NCBI GenBank assembly: GCA_946407735.1
Contig: CAMJPL010000010.1
Coordinates: 5,298-69,297 of the forward strand
DNA length: 64,000 nucleotides
DNA from: an uncultured Clostridia bacterium
Lineage (GTDB): Bacteria > Bacillota > Clostridia > Oscillospirales > CAG-272
Direction: 5' to 3'
Shown: in pieces, positions 37,292 to 47,405 of the stretch
How the letters are laid out: each line of letters starts with the position of its first letter
Position numbering within the stretch: the stretch's first letter is position 1
The notes under the pieces: model-generated
Seen by the model: the letters and a program-made list of their open reading frames with translations, nothing else
Told to the model about the DNA's origin: nothing
Database searches by the model: none
Made by a program: the position numbers and the translations under genes

Positions 37292-39745
37292 TCAGCCTAT
37301 CTTATAGACGTACTTGAATCTTCCCGTCGGCGCCGTGTCTCCCTGGGTATAGAAGTTCATGATATCGCCGTCCCCGACGTTGTCGCTCCATTTGAACGAA
37401 AGCCCGGTGCCGGTGTCCATGCGTCCTATCATTTCAGCCGGGATCTTTATCACAAGATATCTCCCCGTGACCTTATACTCGGCCTCACCGACATATTCCG
37501 TCTCAAAGCCGCTTCCGGTAAAGCGCTCGACTATGGCCTTATCCTGAGAAGGCGAGGTCTTATTTACTATGTAATCAAAGCTCTCCCAGCCGTCAGGACC
37601 GTTATCCGTCGAGTCGATATAAAGACGCATCCAGTTTTTATCGGTGTATGGAGTGATATCATCGGCGCATTCGACCATGAAGTAATAGTTTTTCCCGTCT
37701 CTTGCCGCCTTCGCTCCGATTATGTCGTTTCTTCCGCTGGTGTCGGTAAGTCGCACGCCTCCGTACGCCGCGGCGTCACGGTCGCCGGTGTTGTTTTTAT
37801 ACGCGATGAATTCCGGCCCGACGTCAGACCATTCGGCAGCCGGATCGGCGTTCATATCTATCGCCTTTTCACCGGTAGCAGTCGGGACGGCTCTGCTTCC
37901 CTTGAATTTTCTGACATAATCGACGAGCTGATAATAGTAATGATCCTTAAGATCTCCCTTTGTCGGCTCGATATCGCGGCTGTATGTCTCATCGTATTCA
38001 TCCGGGAAAGCGTTCTCGACCGCTGCGTCGGTCGGAGGCCAGGACTCATATCTTCCGGCGTTCCATTCGTTCCATCCGGTCACGAATACAATCCTCGGAT
38101 CCTTCGATATGGCGTATTCCCACTGCTCGGCGAAATTGGCGCCGTAAAGCTTGGCGTCCTCTCTGACGTCATAACCGTCTGAGGTATAGTGTCTGCCGAA
38201 GATGTTCTCTCCGTTCATCGCCGTCAGTCCCTTTTCAGCCGACCAGTTCTGAGCGACGCCGACGGTAGTCATCTCGACATGCTCATGATCGGCGGAGCTG
38301 TAATACAAGGCCTGAGGCGTTGTTGACAGCCATCCCCATCTCTCGGTCCCAGAAGCTCTCGCGTGATAGTCCTTCGCGTTGTAGACCGGCTCTCCGGCGC
38401 GGAAGGTGAAGAAGTCATATATCTCCTTTTCAAGCGGGTCTATGCCCCGTTTGGTAAGCGAGCTGCGATACGCCATGACCATCGGCTTGCCGTCGAGGTA
38501 GAACCAGAGATCATGATATCTCCCCGGACGGTAGATATCGGTATAAAGGGATTTCAGCTGCACGGCCGTGTTCTCGCCCGGCGCGAACGGGAGCATGAAG
38601 GATATCTTCGGGACATTCACTCCGTCCTTCCTTGCCTGCTCGAACACCTCGTATATTTTGAGATAGCTGTTGCGCCATGTCGCCGTCCCGTTGGTATTGT
38701 CCATGAAGATGACGTCGACTCCGGCGGCAGCGAGAAGCTCCGCCTGACGGCGGATCACCCATTCGTCCGTTGTAAGGTAATATCCGTAGACAGGCTCGTC
38801 CCAGAAATATCTTGTCGCTCCTTTCGGCCAGTATTCGCTGTTGTAATCGTTCCTGATCTCCGGATGCTCCTTCATGAATTCGGTCACGTTGAGCGGGGAG
38901 CCGTCGTCGGAGTTGTGCCAGTCCCAGTAGAACATGGCTACGATCTTGTCGTCTTTTTTGTCTCCCGTCGTGTCGTTCATGGACACATATCTGCCGAGAC
39001 CGTCGATCGCCGCCCATGTATCGGGCATGGCGTCCCTTACGTTCAGTATATCATCCGCGGGGGTGACATACTCCGCCGGAGCGGTGTGGCTGCCGTCTAT
39101 CTCATTCATCAGCTTTACCTCTTCAAAATATGAATCTCTTTTTTCGGTGAATCCGATATCCAGCTGCAGATCGCCTTCGGAAAACAGACCTGTGTCGAAT
39201 ATGCATCCTTCTGACGCGCTGCCCGGAAATACCCATGTCCCTGCCGGACCGACGGTATCCTTTATCGCGAAGAGATACTCTCCCGGCGGCATCTCGTCGA
39301 ACACTATGGTATTCTCGTCACAGTCGACAAGATCGCTGAAAAGCTTTTCAGCGATCGGTCCGTCGGCGATCATCCTGTCATAATCGTCGTTCCATTTATA
39401 AAGCGCGAGAACAGCCTGCGACCCTGATGTCTGCCATGTCGGTATACAGTAGGTGAAACGGTCAAAAGGCGCCGTGACTGAGCATCTGACGCCGTATATT
39501 TCACCTTCCGCCACCGCGTGTGCGGATTTTGCCGACTCATCGAAATCATATGCCGGGACGTAATACACGCGCTTAGTCGGCGCGCTGGTTTCCGCGGCTG
39601 TTTCTGCAATTTCCATGACCTTTTCCACGGGTACATATGTCGTATCTTCTGTATTCCCGCCGGTTGACGCGCAGCCGGACGTTACCGAAATAACGGCGGC
39701 AGTCAGAAGTGACGCCAGCCTCACACGGCGCGCTTTTCTTCTCAT
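37292..39745 (-). CDS. Large secreted lipoprotein of unknown function, possibly a glycan-active enzyme
   Basis: 817 aa with lipobox VTSGC. The central region (FYWDWH ... VDVIFMDNTNG ... FVTGWNEWNAG) is reminiscent of TIM-barrel glycosidase-like proteins. No family could be assigned by eye. Confidence 0.6.
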   Translation of the reverse strand: MRRKARRVRLASLLTAAVISVTSGCASTGGNTEDTTYVPVEKVMEIAETAAETSAPTKRVYYVPAYDFDESAKSAHAVAEGEIYGVRCSVTAPFDRFTYCIPTWQTSGSQAVLALYKWNDDYDRMIADGPIAEKLFSDLVDCDENTIVFDEMPPGEYLFAIKDTVGPAGTWVFPGSASEGCIFDTGLFSEGDLQLDIGFTEKRDSYFEEVKLMNEIDGSHTAPAEYVTPADDILNVRDAMPDTWAAIDGLGRYVSMNDTTGDKKDDKIVAMFYWDWHNSDDGSPLNVTEFMKEHPEIRNDYNSEYWPKGATRYFWDEPVYGYYLTTDEWVIRRQAELLAAAGVDVIFMDNTNGTATWRNSYLKIYEVFEQARKDGVNVPKISFMLPFAPGENTAVQLKSLYTDIYRPGRYHDLWFYLDGKPMVMAYRSSLTKRGIDPLEKEIYDFFTFRAGEPVYNAKDYHARASGTERWGWLSTTPQALYYSSADHEHVEMTTVGVAQNWSAEKGLTAMNGENIFGRHYTSDGYDVREDAKLYGANFAEQWEYAISKDPRIVFVTGWNEWNAGRYESWPPTDAAVENAFPDEYDETYSRDIEPTKGDLKDHYYYQLVDYVRKFKGSRAVPTATGEKAIDMNADPAAEWSDVGPEFIAYKNNTGDRDAAAYGGVRLTDTSGRNDIIGAKAARDGKNYYFMVECADDITPYTDKNWMRLYIDSTDNGPDGWESFDYIVNKTSPSQDKAIVERFTGSGFETEYVGEAEYKVTGRYLVIKIPAEMIGRMDTGTGLSFKWSDNVGDGDIMNFYTQGDTAPTGRFKYVYKIG

Positions 39746-39996
39746 GCCGATTTCAGGGCTTCCTTAAGAGCTTCTGCGAGCTGATCGGGACATGACGTAT
39801 CCTTGAAACCGCATTTTATGCCCTTGCAGCGCTCGATGAAATCCTCCGCCTTCATGCCTTCGGCGAGATGAGCTATACCCTTGAGATTCCCGTTGCAGCC
39901 GCCGTCATATTTCACGTTGCTGATGACATGATCGGAATCGAGATCAAATTCAACGCTCCGGGAACAGGTGCCGTGGTTTGTGTGTACGAAATGCAT
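39742..39996 (-). CDS. TSCPD-domain 4-Cys protein (TIGR03905-like)
   Basis: 84 aa containing the literal TSCPD motif and GGCNGN. Its stop overlaps the downstream ATG (ATGA). Confidence 0.75.
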   Translation of the reverse strand: MHFVHTNHGTCSRSVEFDLDSDHVISNVKYDGGCNGNLKGIAHLAEGMKAEDFIERCKGIKCGFKDTSCPDQLAEALKEALKSA

Positions 39997-40075
39997 ATTG
40001 ATCCGCCTTTCAGATATATAGTTGATCCTGAATCTATTATATCACCAAGATCCATGTATTTCAACCTGTTTATAT

Positions 40076-40103
40076 AAAATCTCCCGCATGAGCGGGAGAT
40101 TTT
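40076..40103 (-). terminator. Rho-independent terminator after the DUF4349-like gene
   Basis: aaaatctcccgc atga gcgggagatttt perfect hairpin with U-runs on both strands. Confidence 0.8.
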
Positions 40104-40107
40104 GAGA

Positions 40108-41178
40108 TTATTTCGCGCTGTCAGAACTTTCGCTCTTAACGCTGTCCGCCGTATCGGCTGACGGCTGCGCCGTGGCGGGAGCCGCCTGAGGATAAGGCAT
40201 CGGGTACGGCATGCTCTTTTTCTTCTTTCTGCGGTGTCTTATAACGGCGCGGATGATTATTACGATCAACGCTATGATGACCGCCCAGACTATCAGAGTC
40301 GGGAACGCTTCTACGAACCAGACACAGAAGTCCTGAACCCCAGACGCGAATCCGGCCCATGAATCCACGAACGCCGTTCTGATCCGTTCGCCGAAGCTGA
40401 TCGGATGGGTAACGACATTATAGTTGTGGACCTCGTTTATCGTGATATTCAGCGTGGAGTAGCTTACCGAACTGTCCATCCGCTGGAGACGGGAGTAGTA
40501 ATTCTCGATCTGATACCTGATCTCCGACAGCTTGTCCTCTATCTGGATCATATACTGGAGCTCATCGGCGTTTTCAAGCATCTCAAGAAGACGCTGCTCC
40601 TCCTCGGCAAGCGATTTCAGACGGGCGTCAACGTCGTAATAGGATGATGTGATATCATCGCTCGAACGGTTGCTCGACACGACGTTGAACGAGTTCTCGA
40701 ACTCACCTACCGCCTTGTCAAGATTCTGGACGGGGACGCGGAGGGTGAAGCTCGCGTACCGGTATGAATAGCCGCCCGAATTGTTCAGAGAGCTTCCGGA
40801 CACATACGAAGACTCGACATACCCTCCGAGCCCCGAGCATATGCCGTATACCTGATCGGCAGCGCTATCGAAATCTCTTGTTTCAAGGTCGAGATTTACG
40901 GTATAGACGATCTTTCTGTTCGGATCGGTGTTTACCGGCGCGGCTGAGCTCATGCCCGACGCGAGAGCAGCCTCCTCTGACGGAGCCTCAGCGGCGGCCA
41001 TTGCGGCTTTTGTTTCCACGGGCTCCTCATAGCTGTAATAGTTATAATCACCGTCATAAAAGGCTTCCGGCGATTCGGCGTAATAGCTTCCCCCTGAGTC
41101 GGAAGCGCCGCATGCTCCGAGCGTCAGGATCAGCATCAGCGCTGCTGAAATCAGCGCGGCGAGTCGAGTTTTTCTCAT
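40108..41178 (-). CDS. DUF4349-like lipoprotein (family assigned from memory)
   Basis: GGGAGGG ribosome-binding site and lipobox LGAC. Central coiled-coil region, a C-terminal transmembrane segment, then a RHRRKKKK tail. Confidence 0.55.
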   Translation of the reverse strand: MRKTRLAALISAALMLILTLGACGASDSGGSYYAESPEAFYDGDYNYYSYEEPVETKAAMAAAEAPSEEAALASGMSSAAPVNTDPNRKIVYTVNLDLETRDFDSAADQVYGICSGLGGYVESSYVSGSSLNNSGGYSYRYASFTLRVPVQNLDKAVGEFENSFNVVSSNRSSDDITSSYYDVDARLKSLAEEEQRLLEMLENADELQYMIQIEDKLSEIRYQIENYYSRLQRMDSSVSYSTLNITINEVHNYNVVTHPISFGERIRTAFVDSWAGFASGVQDFCVWFVEAFPTLIVWAVIIALIVIIIRAVIRHRRKKKKSMPYPMPYPQAAPATAQPSADTADSVKSESSDSAK

Positions 41179-41252
41179 AAATTTCCCTCCCGTTTTATAT
41201 ACAGTTTATTCGGTTTTACGATAATCCCCCCGGATCACCGCGCGTGATCAGG

Positions 41253-43877
41253 TCAATTCAGCTTCGACAGAGCGTTTTCTATGCCGGCGAGCTTGTCCTT
41301 AGCGGCGGCGAGCTTTCCGCGCTCGGCGTCGACGACGTTTGCCGGAGCCTTTGCGACAAAGCTCTCATTCGACAGCTTCTTCTCGAACCGATCTATCTCC
41401 TGAACGATCTGAGTCTTTTCCTTGTTCAGTCGCGCTCTCTCCGCCTCGAAGTCGATCATATCGGCGAGCGGGATGAAGATGGTGGCGCTGTCGGTCACTA
41501 TCTGAACGGCGTCGGGATCGCTGTATTCGGCTTTGACCTCTATGCCGGAGGCTGAAGCTAGCCTTGAGAAGAATGCGGCTGTATCGCTGTTGAACGTATC
41601 GGTGAACTGGGTAACGATGATCAGCTTCGTCTTGCGGCTCGGAGCGACGTTCATCTCGGCTCGGCGGTTGCGGATCGCTCTGATCGCGGCGATGACACGG
41701 CTCATCTCGACCTCGTCCTCCGGGAAATCAAGTGAAGCGTCATAGGTCGGATAAGGGCTGATCATTATGCTGTCGCCGTCATGAGGCAGGCTGAGCCATA
41801 TCTCCTCGGTGATGAACGGCATATACGGATGAAGCAGCTTCAGGGTGTTCGACAGCACGTAGCTGATGCATTTCTGCGCGTCGATATCACCGGCGGCAAG
41901 TCTCGGCTTAAGAAGCTCGATATACCAGTCGCAGAAGACGTTCCAGATGAAGTCATAAAGCTTGTCGAGGGCTATGCCGAGCTCGTAATGCTCGATGTTG
42001 TATGTGACCTCGGAGACGAGACGGTTGTACTGCGAGAGCACCCACTTATCCTCGAGCTTCAGCTTCGATCTGTCCGGAAGCTCCGCCGTCTCGAGCTCAT
42101 CCGAGAGATTCATCATGACGAAGCGGGCGGCGTTCCAGATCTTGTTGTTGAAGTTGCGCGCGGCATCCATCTTCTCATATGAGAAGCGCATGTCATTGCC
42201 GGGGGCGTTTCCGGTGGCGAGAGCGAAGCGAAGCGCGTCGGCGCCGTATTTGTCGATGACTTCAAGCGGGTCGATGCCGTTGCCGAGACTCTTCGACATC
42301 TTTCTTCCCTGCGCGTCTCTCACCAGTCCATGTATAAAGACGTCGGGGAACGGGATTTGTTCCGTATTTTCGAGACCCATGAAAATCATTTTCGACACCC
42401 AGAAGGTGATGATATCATAGGCAGTCACAAGAACGCTCGTGGGATAGAAATACTCAAGATCCTCGGTCTTTTCCGGCCATCCGAGAGTCGAGAACGGCCA
42501 GAGAGCCGACGAGAACCATGTATCGAGCACGTCGGGATCCTGCGTGATATCTTCCGAGCCGCACTCTGGGCAGACCTTGACATCCGTCTCGGAAACGGTC
42601 ATATGACCGCATTTGCCGCAGTAGTAGGCCGGGATCCTGTGTCCCCACCAGAGCTGACGGCTGATGCACCAGTCGTGGATGTTCTCCATCCAGTTGAGGT
42701 AGATCTTTGAGAAGCGGTCGGGGATGAAGCGGATCTCGCCCTTTTTCACCACGTCGATGGCAGGCTCGGCGAGCGGAGGCATCTTGACGAACCACTGCTT
42801 TGAAGCCATCGGCTCAAGAGTGGTCCCACAGCGGTAGCAGTGGGCGACATTATGAGTGTGCTTCTCGATTTTCACCAGAAGCCCGAGCTCCTTTAGCTCA
42901 TTTACGATGGCTTTTCTCGCCTCGTATCGGTCCATACCCTGATATTTGCCGCCGTTCTCGTTTATCCTGCCGTTTCCGTCAAGAACGATTATCGTCTCAA
43001 GGTTATGACGGGCTCCGACCTCGAAGTCGTTCGGGTCGTGACCGGGGGTGATCTTCACGCAGCCGGTACCGAATTCCTTGTCGACATATTCGTCCGCTAC
43101 GACAGGGATCTCGCGTCCGACGAGCGGGAGTATCAGCATCTTGCCGACGATATCCTTATACCTCTCATCGTCGGGATTGACGGCGACGGCGGTATCGCCG
43201 AGCATCGTCTCGGGACGGGTGGTGGCTATGGTAACGAACCTGCCGGGCTCGTCCTTTACCGGATAATTGAAATACCAGAACGAACCGTCGAGCTCCTTGT
43301 AATCTACCTCGGCGTCGGAGATGGCGGTGTTGCAGCTCGGGCACCAGTTAATGATGCGGAAGCCCTGATAGATGAGCCCCTTGTTGTAAAGCTCGACAAA
43401 TGTCTTCTTGACGGCGGCGGAAAGGGACGGGTTCATCGTGAAGGCTTCACGGTCCCAGTCACAGGACGATCCGAGCTTTTTGAGCTGTTCGATTATGCGT
43501 CCGCCGTATTTTTCCTTCCACTGCCAGACAAGCTTGAGGAATTCCTCTCTGCCGATGTCATGTCTGGTGAGTCCCTTCTCCTCGCGGAGATTCTGCTCAA
43601 CCTTGATCTGCGTGGCAATGCCGGCGTGATCGGTGCCGGGGATCCAGCTGACATTGTAGCCCTGCATACGTTTGGTGCGGACGATGATGTCCTGCAGGGT
43701 GTTGTTCAGCGCGTGTCCCATGTGCAGCTGACCGGTTACGTTCGGCGGCGGGATCACGACCGAGAACGGGCGCTTGGTCTTGTCGGGAACGGCGTGGAAA
43801 TACCCGCGCTCGACCCATGTCTCGTATAAACGATTCTCGATATCCTTGGGATCGTAGGTTTTTGACAGTTCTCTCAT
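41253..43877 (-). CDS. valS: Valine--tRNA ligase
   Basis: HIGH-type motif (LHMGHALN), KMSKS, 874 aa with a C-terminal coiled coil. A T-box leader lies upstream. Confidence 0.97.
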   Translation of the reverse strand: MRELSKTYDPKDIENRLYETWVERGYFHAVPDKTKRPFSVVIPPPNVTGQLHMGHALNNTLQDIIVRTKRMQGYNVSWIPGTDHAGIATQIKVEQNLREEKGLTRHDIGREEFLKLVWQWKEKYGGRIIEQLKKLGSSCDWDREAFTMNPSLSAAVKKTFVELYNKGLIYQGFRIINWCPSCNTAISDAEVDYKELDGSFWYFNYPVKDEPGRFVTIATTRPETMLGDTAVAVNPDDERYKDIVGKMLILPLVGREIPVVADEYVDKEFGTGCVKITPGHDPNDFEVGARHNLETIIVLDGNGRINENGGKYQGMDRYEARKAIVNELKELGLLVKIEKHTHNVAHCYRCGTTLEPMASKQWFVKMPPLAEPAIDVVKKGEIRFIPDRFSKIYLNWMENIHDWCISRQLWWGHRIPAYYCGKCGHMTVSETDVKVCPECGSEDITQDPDVLDTWFSSALWPFSTLGWPEKTEDLEYFYPTSVLVTAYDIITFWVSKMIFMGLENTEQIPFPDVFIHGLVRDAQGRKMSKSLGNGIDPLEVIDKYGADALRFALATGNAPGNDMRFSYEKMDAARNFNNKIWNAARFVMMNLSDELETAELPDRSKLKLEDKWVLSQYNRLVSEVTYNIEHYELGIALDKLYDFIWNVFCDWYIELLKPRLAAGDIDAQKCISYVLSNTLKLLHPYMPFITEEIWLSLPHDGDSIMISPYPTYDASLDFPEDEVEMSRVIAAIRAIRNRRAEMNVAPSRKTKLIIVTQFTDTFNSDTAAFFSRLASASGIEVKAEYSDPDAVQIVTDSATIFIPLADMIDFEAERARLNKEKTQIVQEIDRFEKKLSNESFVAKAPANVVDAERGKLAAAKDKLAGIENALSKLN

Positions 43878-43902
43878 GGCTATACCTCAATAAATTGAAA
43901 TC

Positions 43903-44140
43903 AAAAAAACGCCTCGGCATATAAAATGCCAGGACGCTTTAATACGCGGTACCACCCGGCTTCGCGGACAACGGTCCGCGCAGCTCTGTTCATTATATTA
44001 GTATATAATGAAGTTCCGCTGTAACGCGCGGTACGCGCTTCCTCTCACGGACGACCTTCATCCTTCGCCTGCGGGACCGCTCACAGCATCCGCGATCCTC
44101 TCTGTCCGCCGCTTAAAGGACTACTCCTTCCGTTTCATAG
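43903..44140 (-). promoter_or_regulatory. T-box riboswitch leader of valS
   Basis: The minus strand carries the conserved T-box sequence CCGGGTGGTACCGCG (43945-43959), a downstream terminator hairpin gcgtcctggcat...atgccgaggcg plus U7, and a Stem I region with AGAGA. A candidate GUC (Val) specifier sits in GAAGGUCGU. Confidence 0.85.
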
Positions 44141-44199
44141 AAGAAGAAAATATTTATATTATTATATCAGAATATCAGCCGTCATTCTTTGCTTTTATG

Positions 44200-45096
44200 T
44201 TAATTTTCCAAAACAGGAGTCATACCGAGCAGTATTCCGTCTATCAGATCGATCTCGCAGAGATTATCCCCGTGAAATACCCTTTCATCACCGATATCCT
44301 CATATATCGGGGTTACGAACGACAGGACCCTGCCTCCGTCGGAAAACCCGATCTCGGTCGGCCGCAGATAAGCCGACGCCCCATGATGTACCTGCGGAAG
44401 AAGCTCCTCAATGTCGAGACGTTTCCCGCTGCGTTTGAAGAAAGACATGGAACTGGCGCTCCCGTGAGGCGTTCCGGTGTAATGCGTGAATATCAGGGTA
44501 CCGAAATCATTCTCATAGAGCTTATAATAACTGCCCTTGCCGCCGAGTTCAGTCCAGCTTTCGATATCGCGGATCATAGAGCTGACCGCGATGTCAGCTG
44601 CGTTTCCGAATTCAAGGCTGATAGATCGGCTGTCGCCGTCCCATACAACCTTTCCAAAGTCCTTGAGCTCATCAAACTGGATTATCGTCTCACCGTCAAG
44701 ATTCAATCCCTCGACCATATTCCCGCAGACGCTGGTAATGATATCGGTCTCGGCGACCGTCTTGTATCTGTCTCCGGGCTTTCCGAGAGCGGAACCGACA
44801 GTATATTCCGGTGCATCCGGCTCGATCTCATATCCGCTGTCATCCACCGCTCTGTATATGTCGAGCGTACGCTCATCGCCGTTCCAGATGACTTCAAAGC
44901 CGTAATCGACAAGATCCTCCGCGCGAATATATGTGTCTCCGTCTATATTATACGACTGAATGAGGCTGCCGGATATATACGCTTTGATATCGCTGTACAG
45001 CACCCATCTCGAACTTTCGGCGGCGGATGGCAGATACATTGAAAGACATAATTCAGCCGACGCGGCGGCGCAAATCAGTTTGTTTATGGTTTTCAT
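44200..45096 (-). CDS. Secreted protein with two copies of a ~40-aa repeat (copper-amine-oxidase N-terminal 'stalk'-like)
   Basis: Signal peptide MKTINKLICAAASAELCLS. Internal repeat N[IL]DG[DE]T.I...[DE]L.D[YF]G..V.W[ND]GD.R[TS] is seen twice. Confidence 0.7.
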   Translation of the reverse strand: MKTINKLICAAASAELCLSMYLPSAAESSRWVLYSDIKAYISGSLIQSYNIDGDTYIRAEDLVDYGFEVIWNGDERTLDIYRAVDDSGYEIEPDAPEYTVGSALGKPGDRYKTVAETDIITSVCGNMVEGLNLDGETIIQFDELKDFGKVVWDGDSRSISLEFGNAADIAVSSMIRDIESWTELGGKGSYYKLYENDFGTLIFTHYTGTPHGSASSMSFFKRSGKRLDIEELLPQVHHGASAYLRPTEIGFSDGGRVLSFVTPIYEDIGDERVFHGDNLCEIDLIDGILLGMTPVLEN

Positions 45097-45128
45097 ATTA
45101 TTCGATCCATCATCGGATAATTTTCCGG

Positions 45129-45157
45129 CTTGACAAACAAACGATAATGTGATATAA
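45129..45157 (+). promoter_or_regulatory. Consensus sigma-A promoter on the + strand, pointing into the antisense of tRNA-Ala
   Basis: TTGACA, 17-nt spacer, TG-extended TATAAT. Confidence 0.5.
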
Positions 45158-45166
45158 TGAAATAAA

Positions 45167-45191
45167 TAAAACCGACGATTGCCGTCGGTTT
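45167..45191 (-). terminator. Terminator of tRNA-Ala
   Basis: ccgacg / cgtcgg stem extended by A/T pairs. Followed on the minus strand by TTTTATTTATTT. Confidence 0.65.
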
Positions 45192-45192
45192 C

Positions 45193-45268
45193 TGGTGGAG
45201 ATGAGGGGGATCGAACCCCTTACCTTATGACTGCCAGTCATACGCTCTCCCAAATGAGCTACACCCCC
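45193..45268 (-). tRNA. tRNA-Ala (anticodon GGC), CCA encoded
   Basis: Acceptor GGGGGUG/CAUCUCC with the G3:U70 alanine identity pair, anticodon loop CUGGCAG, T-arm AGGGG-UUCGAUC-CCCCU. Confidence 0.9.
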
Positions 45269-45300
45269 GCAGGTGTTGTCTTCTCTCGTTGACGTTATAT

Positions 45301-45329
45301 ATTATACCACAAATCACCGTCCGTGTCAA
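45301..45329 (-). promoter_or_regulatory. Sigma-A promoter of tRNA-Ala
   Basis: Minus strand TTGACA, 17-nt spacer, TG-extended TATAAT, about 30 nt upstream of the tRNA 5' end. Confidence 0.7.
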
Positions 45330-45395
45330 GTGGTTTTTGATATTTTGTCAGAATAAACAATCATAAAAAAACAATATCCGATTCCGAGGTGCATA

Positions 45396-47363
45396 ATGAA
45401 CAATTCCGAGCGTCAGACGGTCACACAAATAGATATCGGTTCGCTGCGTGTCAGCGGCGCGTCAGCCTCAGCGGGCGGTTTTCTTTTCCCGTGTACCGGG
45501 GGGATCCTTGAAGCGTCTTTCGAGACAGGGACATTCTTCGGTGTCGGGATAGGATCGGATCGCTGGATAGTGGCTGACATCACCGCGGGAAGCAGCTACG
45601 CCACGGCTTTCACATGGACGTTCCGTGATGTCGGGGAAAAGAGCATTTCTTTCAAGATGGGCGTGCTCCCGAATCTTAAAACCCGTATCGCGCTTCCCTT
45701 CTCGATCCTGAACGGCGAAAGGCTGTTTCTTCCGAGGACTCCCGGAAAGCTGAAAACGGTGACTCAGGGGACGCCTGTAAAGCTCGAAGAGCTGTGCGGG
45801 TTCTCGATCTCCGTCTCGAACACTCCGGCTCCGGTAAACCTGACGATACATGATATGTATATATCGGATACCGAGCCCGATTATCCCGTGCCGGAAAAAA
45901 GGATGGTCGACGCTCTGGGGCAGAAGGGCTTCTCAGACTGGCCGGGAAGGACCAAGGGGATCGCCGCTTTAAAGCAGTTCGCCGCCGAAGAATTAAACAA
46001 GCCCTATGATCCCATATCAAACAGGGACCGCTGGGGAGGATGCAGGGAGATAACCTTCGGTGCGACCGGGTTCTTCCGTACCGAGTACGACGGACGTCGG
46101 TGGTGGCTCGTCGATCCCGACGGCTGCGCCTTCATATCGGTCGGCCTAGACTGCGTCGGCATCGACGGAGATGCGAACATCGCCGGGATAAAGCAGCTCT
46201 GCCGCGATCTTCCGCCCGAGGATGAGCCCGGATGGGCGAGAGAGAACTTCTTCTCATGGCACAGGCACAATCTCTGGCTAAGCTACGGAGACGACTGGTA
46301 CAATACCTGGGCCGATCTTACCAGACGGCGCTTCGAGCACTGGGGCTTCAACACAATAGGCGCATGGTCCGATTACGGCTATATCGACCGTGAGAAGCAG
46401 CCGTATGTATATATTTTCAAAGGATATCCCGACACCGAAAAGCACATATTCCGCGACTTCCCGGACGTTTTTTCCGATGAGTTCTCGTCATCCGCCGAAA
46501 GATGGGCGGCTCAGATCGCCGACAGAGCAGATGATCCGGCGCTAATCGGATACTTCATGAGAAATGAGCCGGAATTCGCGTTTGTAAATGATATAAACCT
46601 CGGCATCATGCTCCTGAATTCGGATGTCAGAATGAGTTCGAGAGATGAGCTGATCAAGCGGCTTCGCGGGAAATATACAGATATAGACAGTCTGAACGCA
46701 GCTTGGGAAAGAAACTATATATCCTTTGACGAGCTCGATGAAAAAGACAGGTTCGGGACATTCAACGATACGGCGAAAAAAGATCTGTTTGATTTCACAT
46801 GCGAGCTTATCCGCAGATATGTCGAGATCCCGGCGAAAGCCGTCAAAAATGTCGATCCGAACCATCTGAATCTCGGGGTCCGCTGGGCATGGCTCTCAAG
46901 TCCGGCTCTCGCGTCCGGAAGCGAGTTCTTCGATGTTTACAGCTTCAACTGCTATTCGATGGATCCTACAGACGCGATAGAAAACACGCTCAGACTGATA
47001 AAGAAACCTCTCATCATCGGCGAATTTCACTTCGGAGCTCTCGACAGAGGACTTGACGCCACAGGCCTCAGAGCCGTCACTTCGCAGACCGAGCGCGGAA
47101 AGGCGTACAGGTATTACATGCACAGAGCCGCGGCTCATCCGTACTGCGTCGGAGCGCATTATTTCACACTCAACGATCAGGCGTATCTCGGGCGTTTCGA
47201 CGGTGAGAACTATCAGATCGGTCTCGTCGACGTCTGCGACCGTCCGTATGACGAGTTCGTCGAGGGGATACGCCAGACAAATCTTGAGCTTTATGACATC
47301 GCTCTCGGAAAGCTCCAGCCGACAGACGAAAAGGCGAACGAGATACCGACGATAGCATTCTGA
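45396..47363 (+). CDS. Putative clan GH-A (TIM-barrel) glycoside hydrolase, family unassigned
   Basis: GAGGTG ribosome-binding site. GFNTIGAWSD, a candidate acid/base FMRNEPEF and a candidate nucleophile IIGEFHFG, in the order and spacing expected for clan GH-A. No signal peptide. Confidence 0.55.
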   Translation: MNNSERQTVTQIDIGSLRVSGASASAGGFLFPCTGGILEASFETGTFFGVGIGSDRWIVADITAGSSYATAFTWTFRDVGEKSISFKMGVLPNLKTRIALPFSILNGERLFLPRTPGKLKTVTQGTPVKLEELCGFSISVSNTPAPVNLTIHDMYISDTEPDYPVPEKRMVDALGQKGFSDWPGRTKGIAALKQFAAEELNKPYDPISNRDRWGGCREITFGATGFFRTEYDGRRWWLVDPDGCAFISVGLDCVGIDGDANIAGIKQLCRDLPPEDEPGWARENFFSWHRHNLWLSYGDDWYNTWADLTRRRFEHWGFNTIGAWSDYGYIDREKQPYVYIFKGYPDTEKHIFRDFPDVFSDEFSSSAERWAAQIADRADDPALIGYFMRNEPEFAFVNDINLGIMLLNSDVRMSSRDELIKRLRGKYTDIDSLNAAWERNYISFDELDEKDRFGTFNDTAKKDLFDFTCELIRRYVEIPAKAVKNVDPNHLNLGVRWAWLSSPALASGSEFFDVYSFNCYSMDPTDAIENTLRLIKKPLIIGEFHFGALDRGLDATGLRAVTSQTERGKAYRYYMHRAAAHPYCVGAHYFTLNDQAYLGRFDGENYQIGLVDVCDRPYDEFVEGIRQTNLELYDIALGKLQPTDEKANEIPTIAF

Positions 47364-47371
47364 TTAATGAA

Positions 47372-47399
47372 ACAGCCGGCAGTTGATCCTGCCGGCTGT
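47372..47399. terminator. Bidirectional terminator between convergent genes
   Basis: acagccggcag ttgatc ctgccggctgt 11-bp perfect stem. Confidence 0.8.
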
Positions 47400-47405
47400 A
47401 TTTAT

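Noticed and set aside
44008-45042. 344-aa ORF on the + strand.
   Set aside because: It starts inside the valS T-box leader and runs antisense to the secreted repeat protein, which has a signal peptide and an internal duplicated motif. There is no ribosome-binding site.
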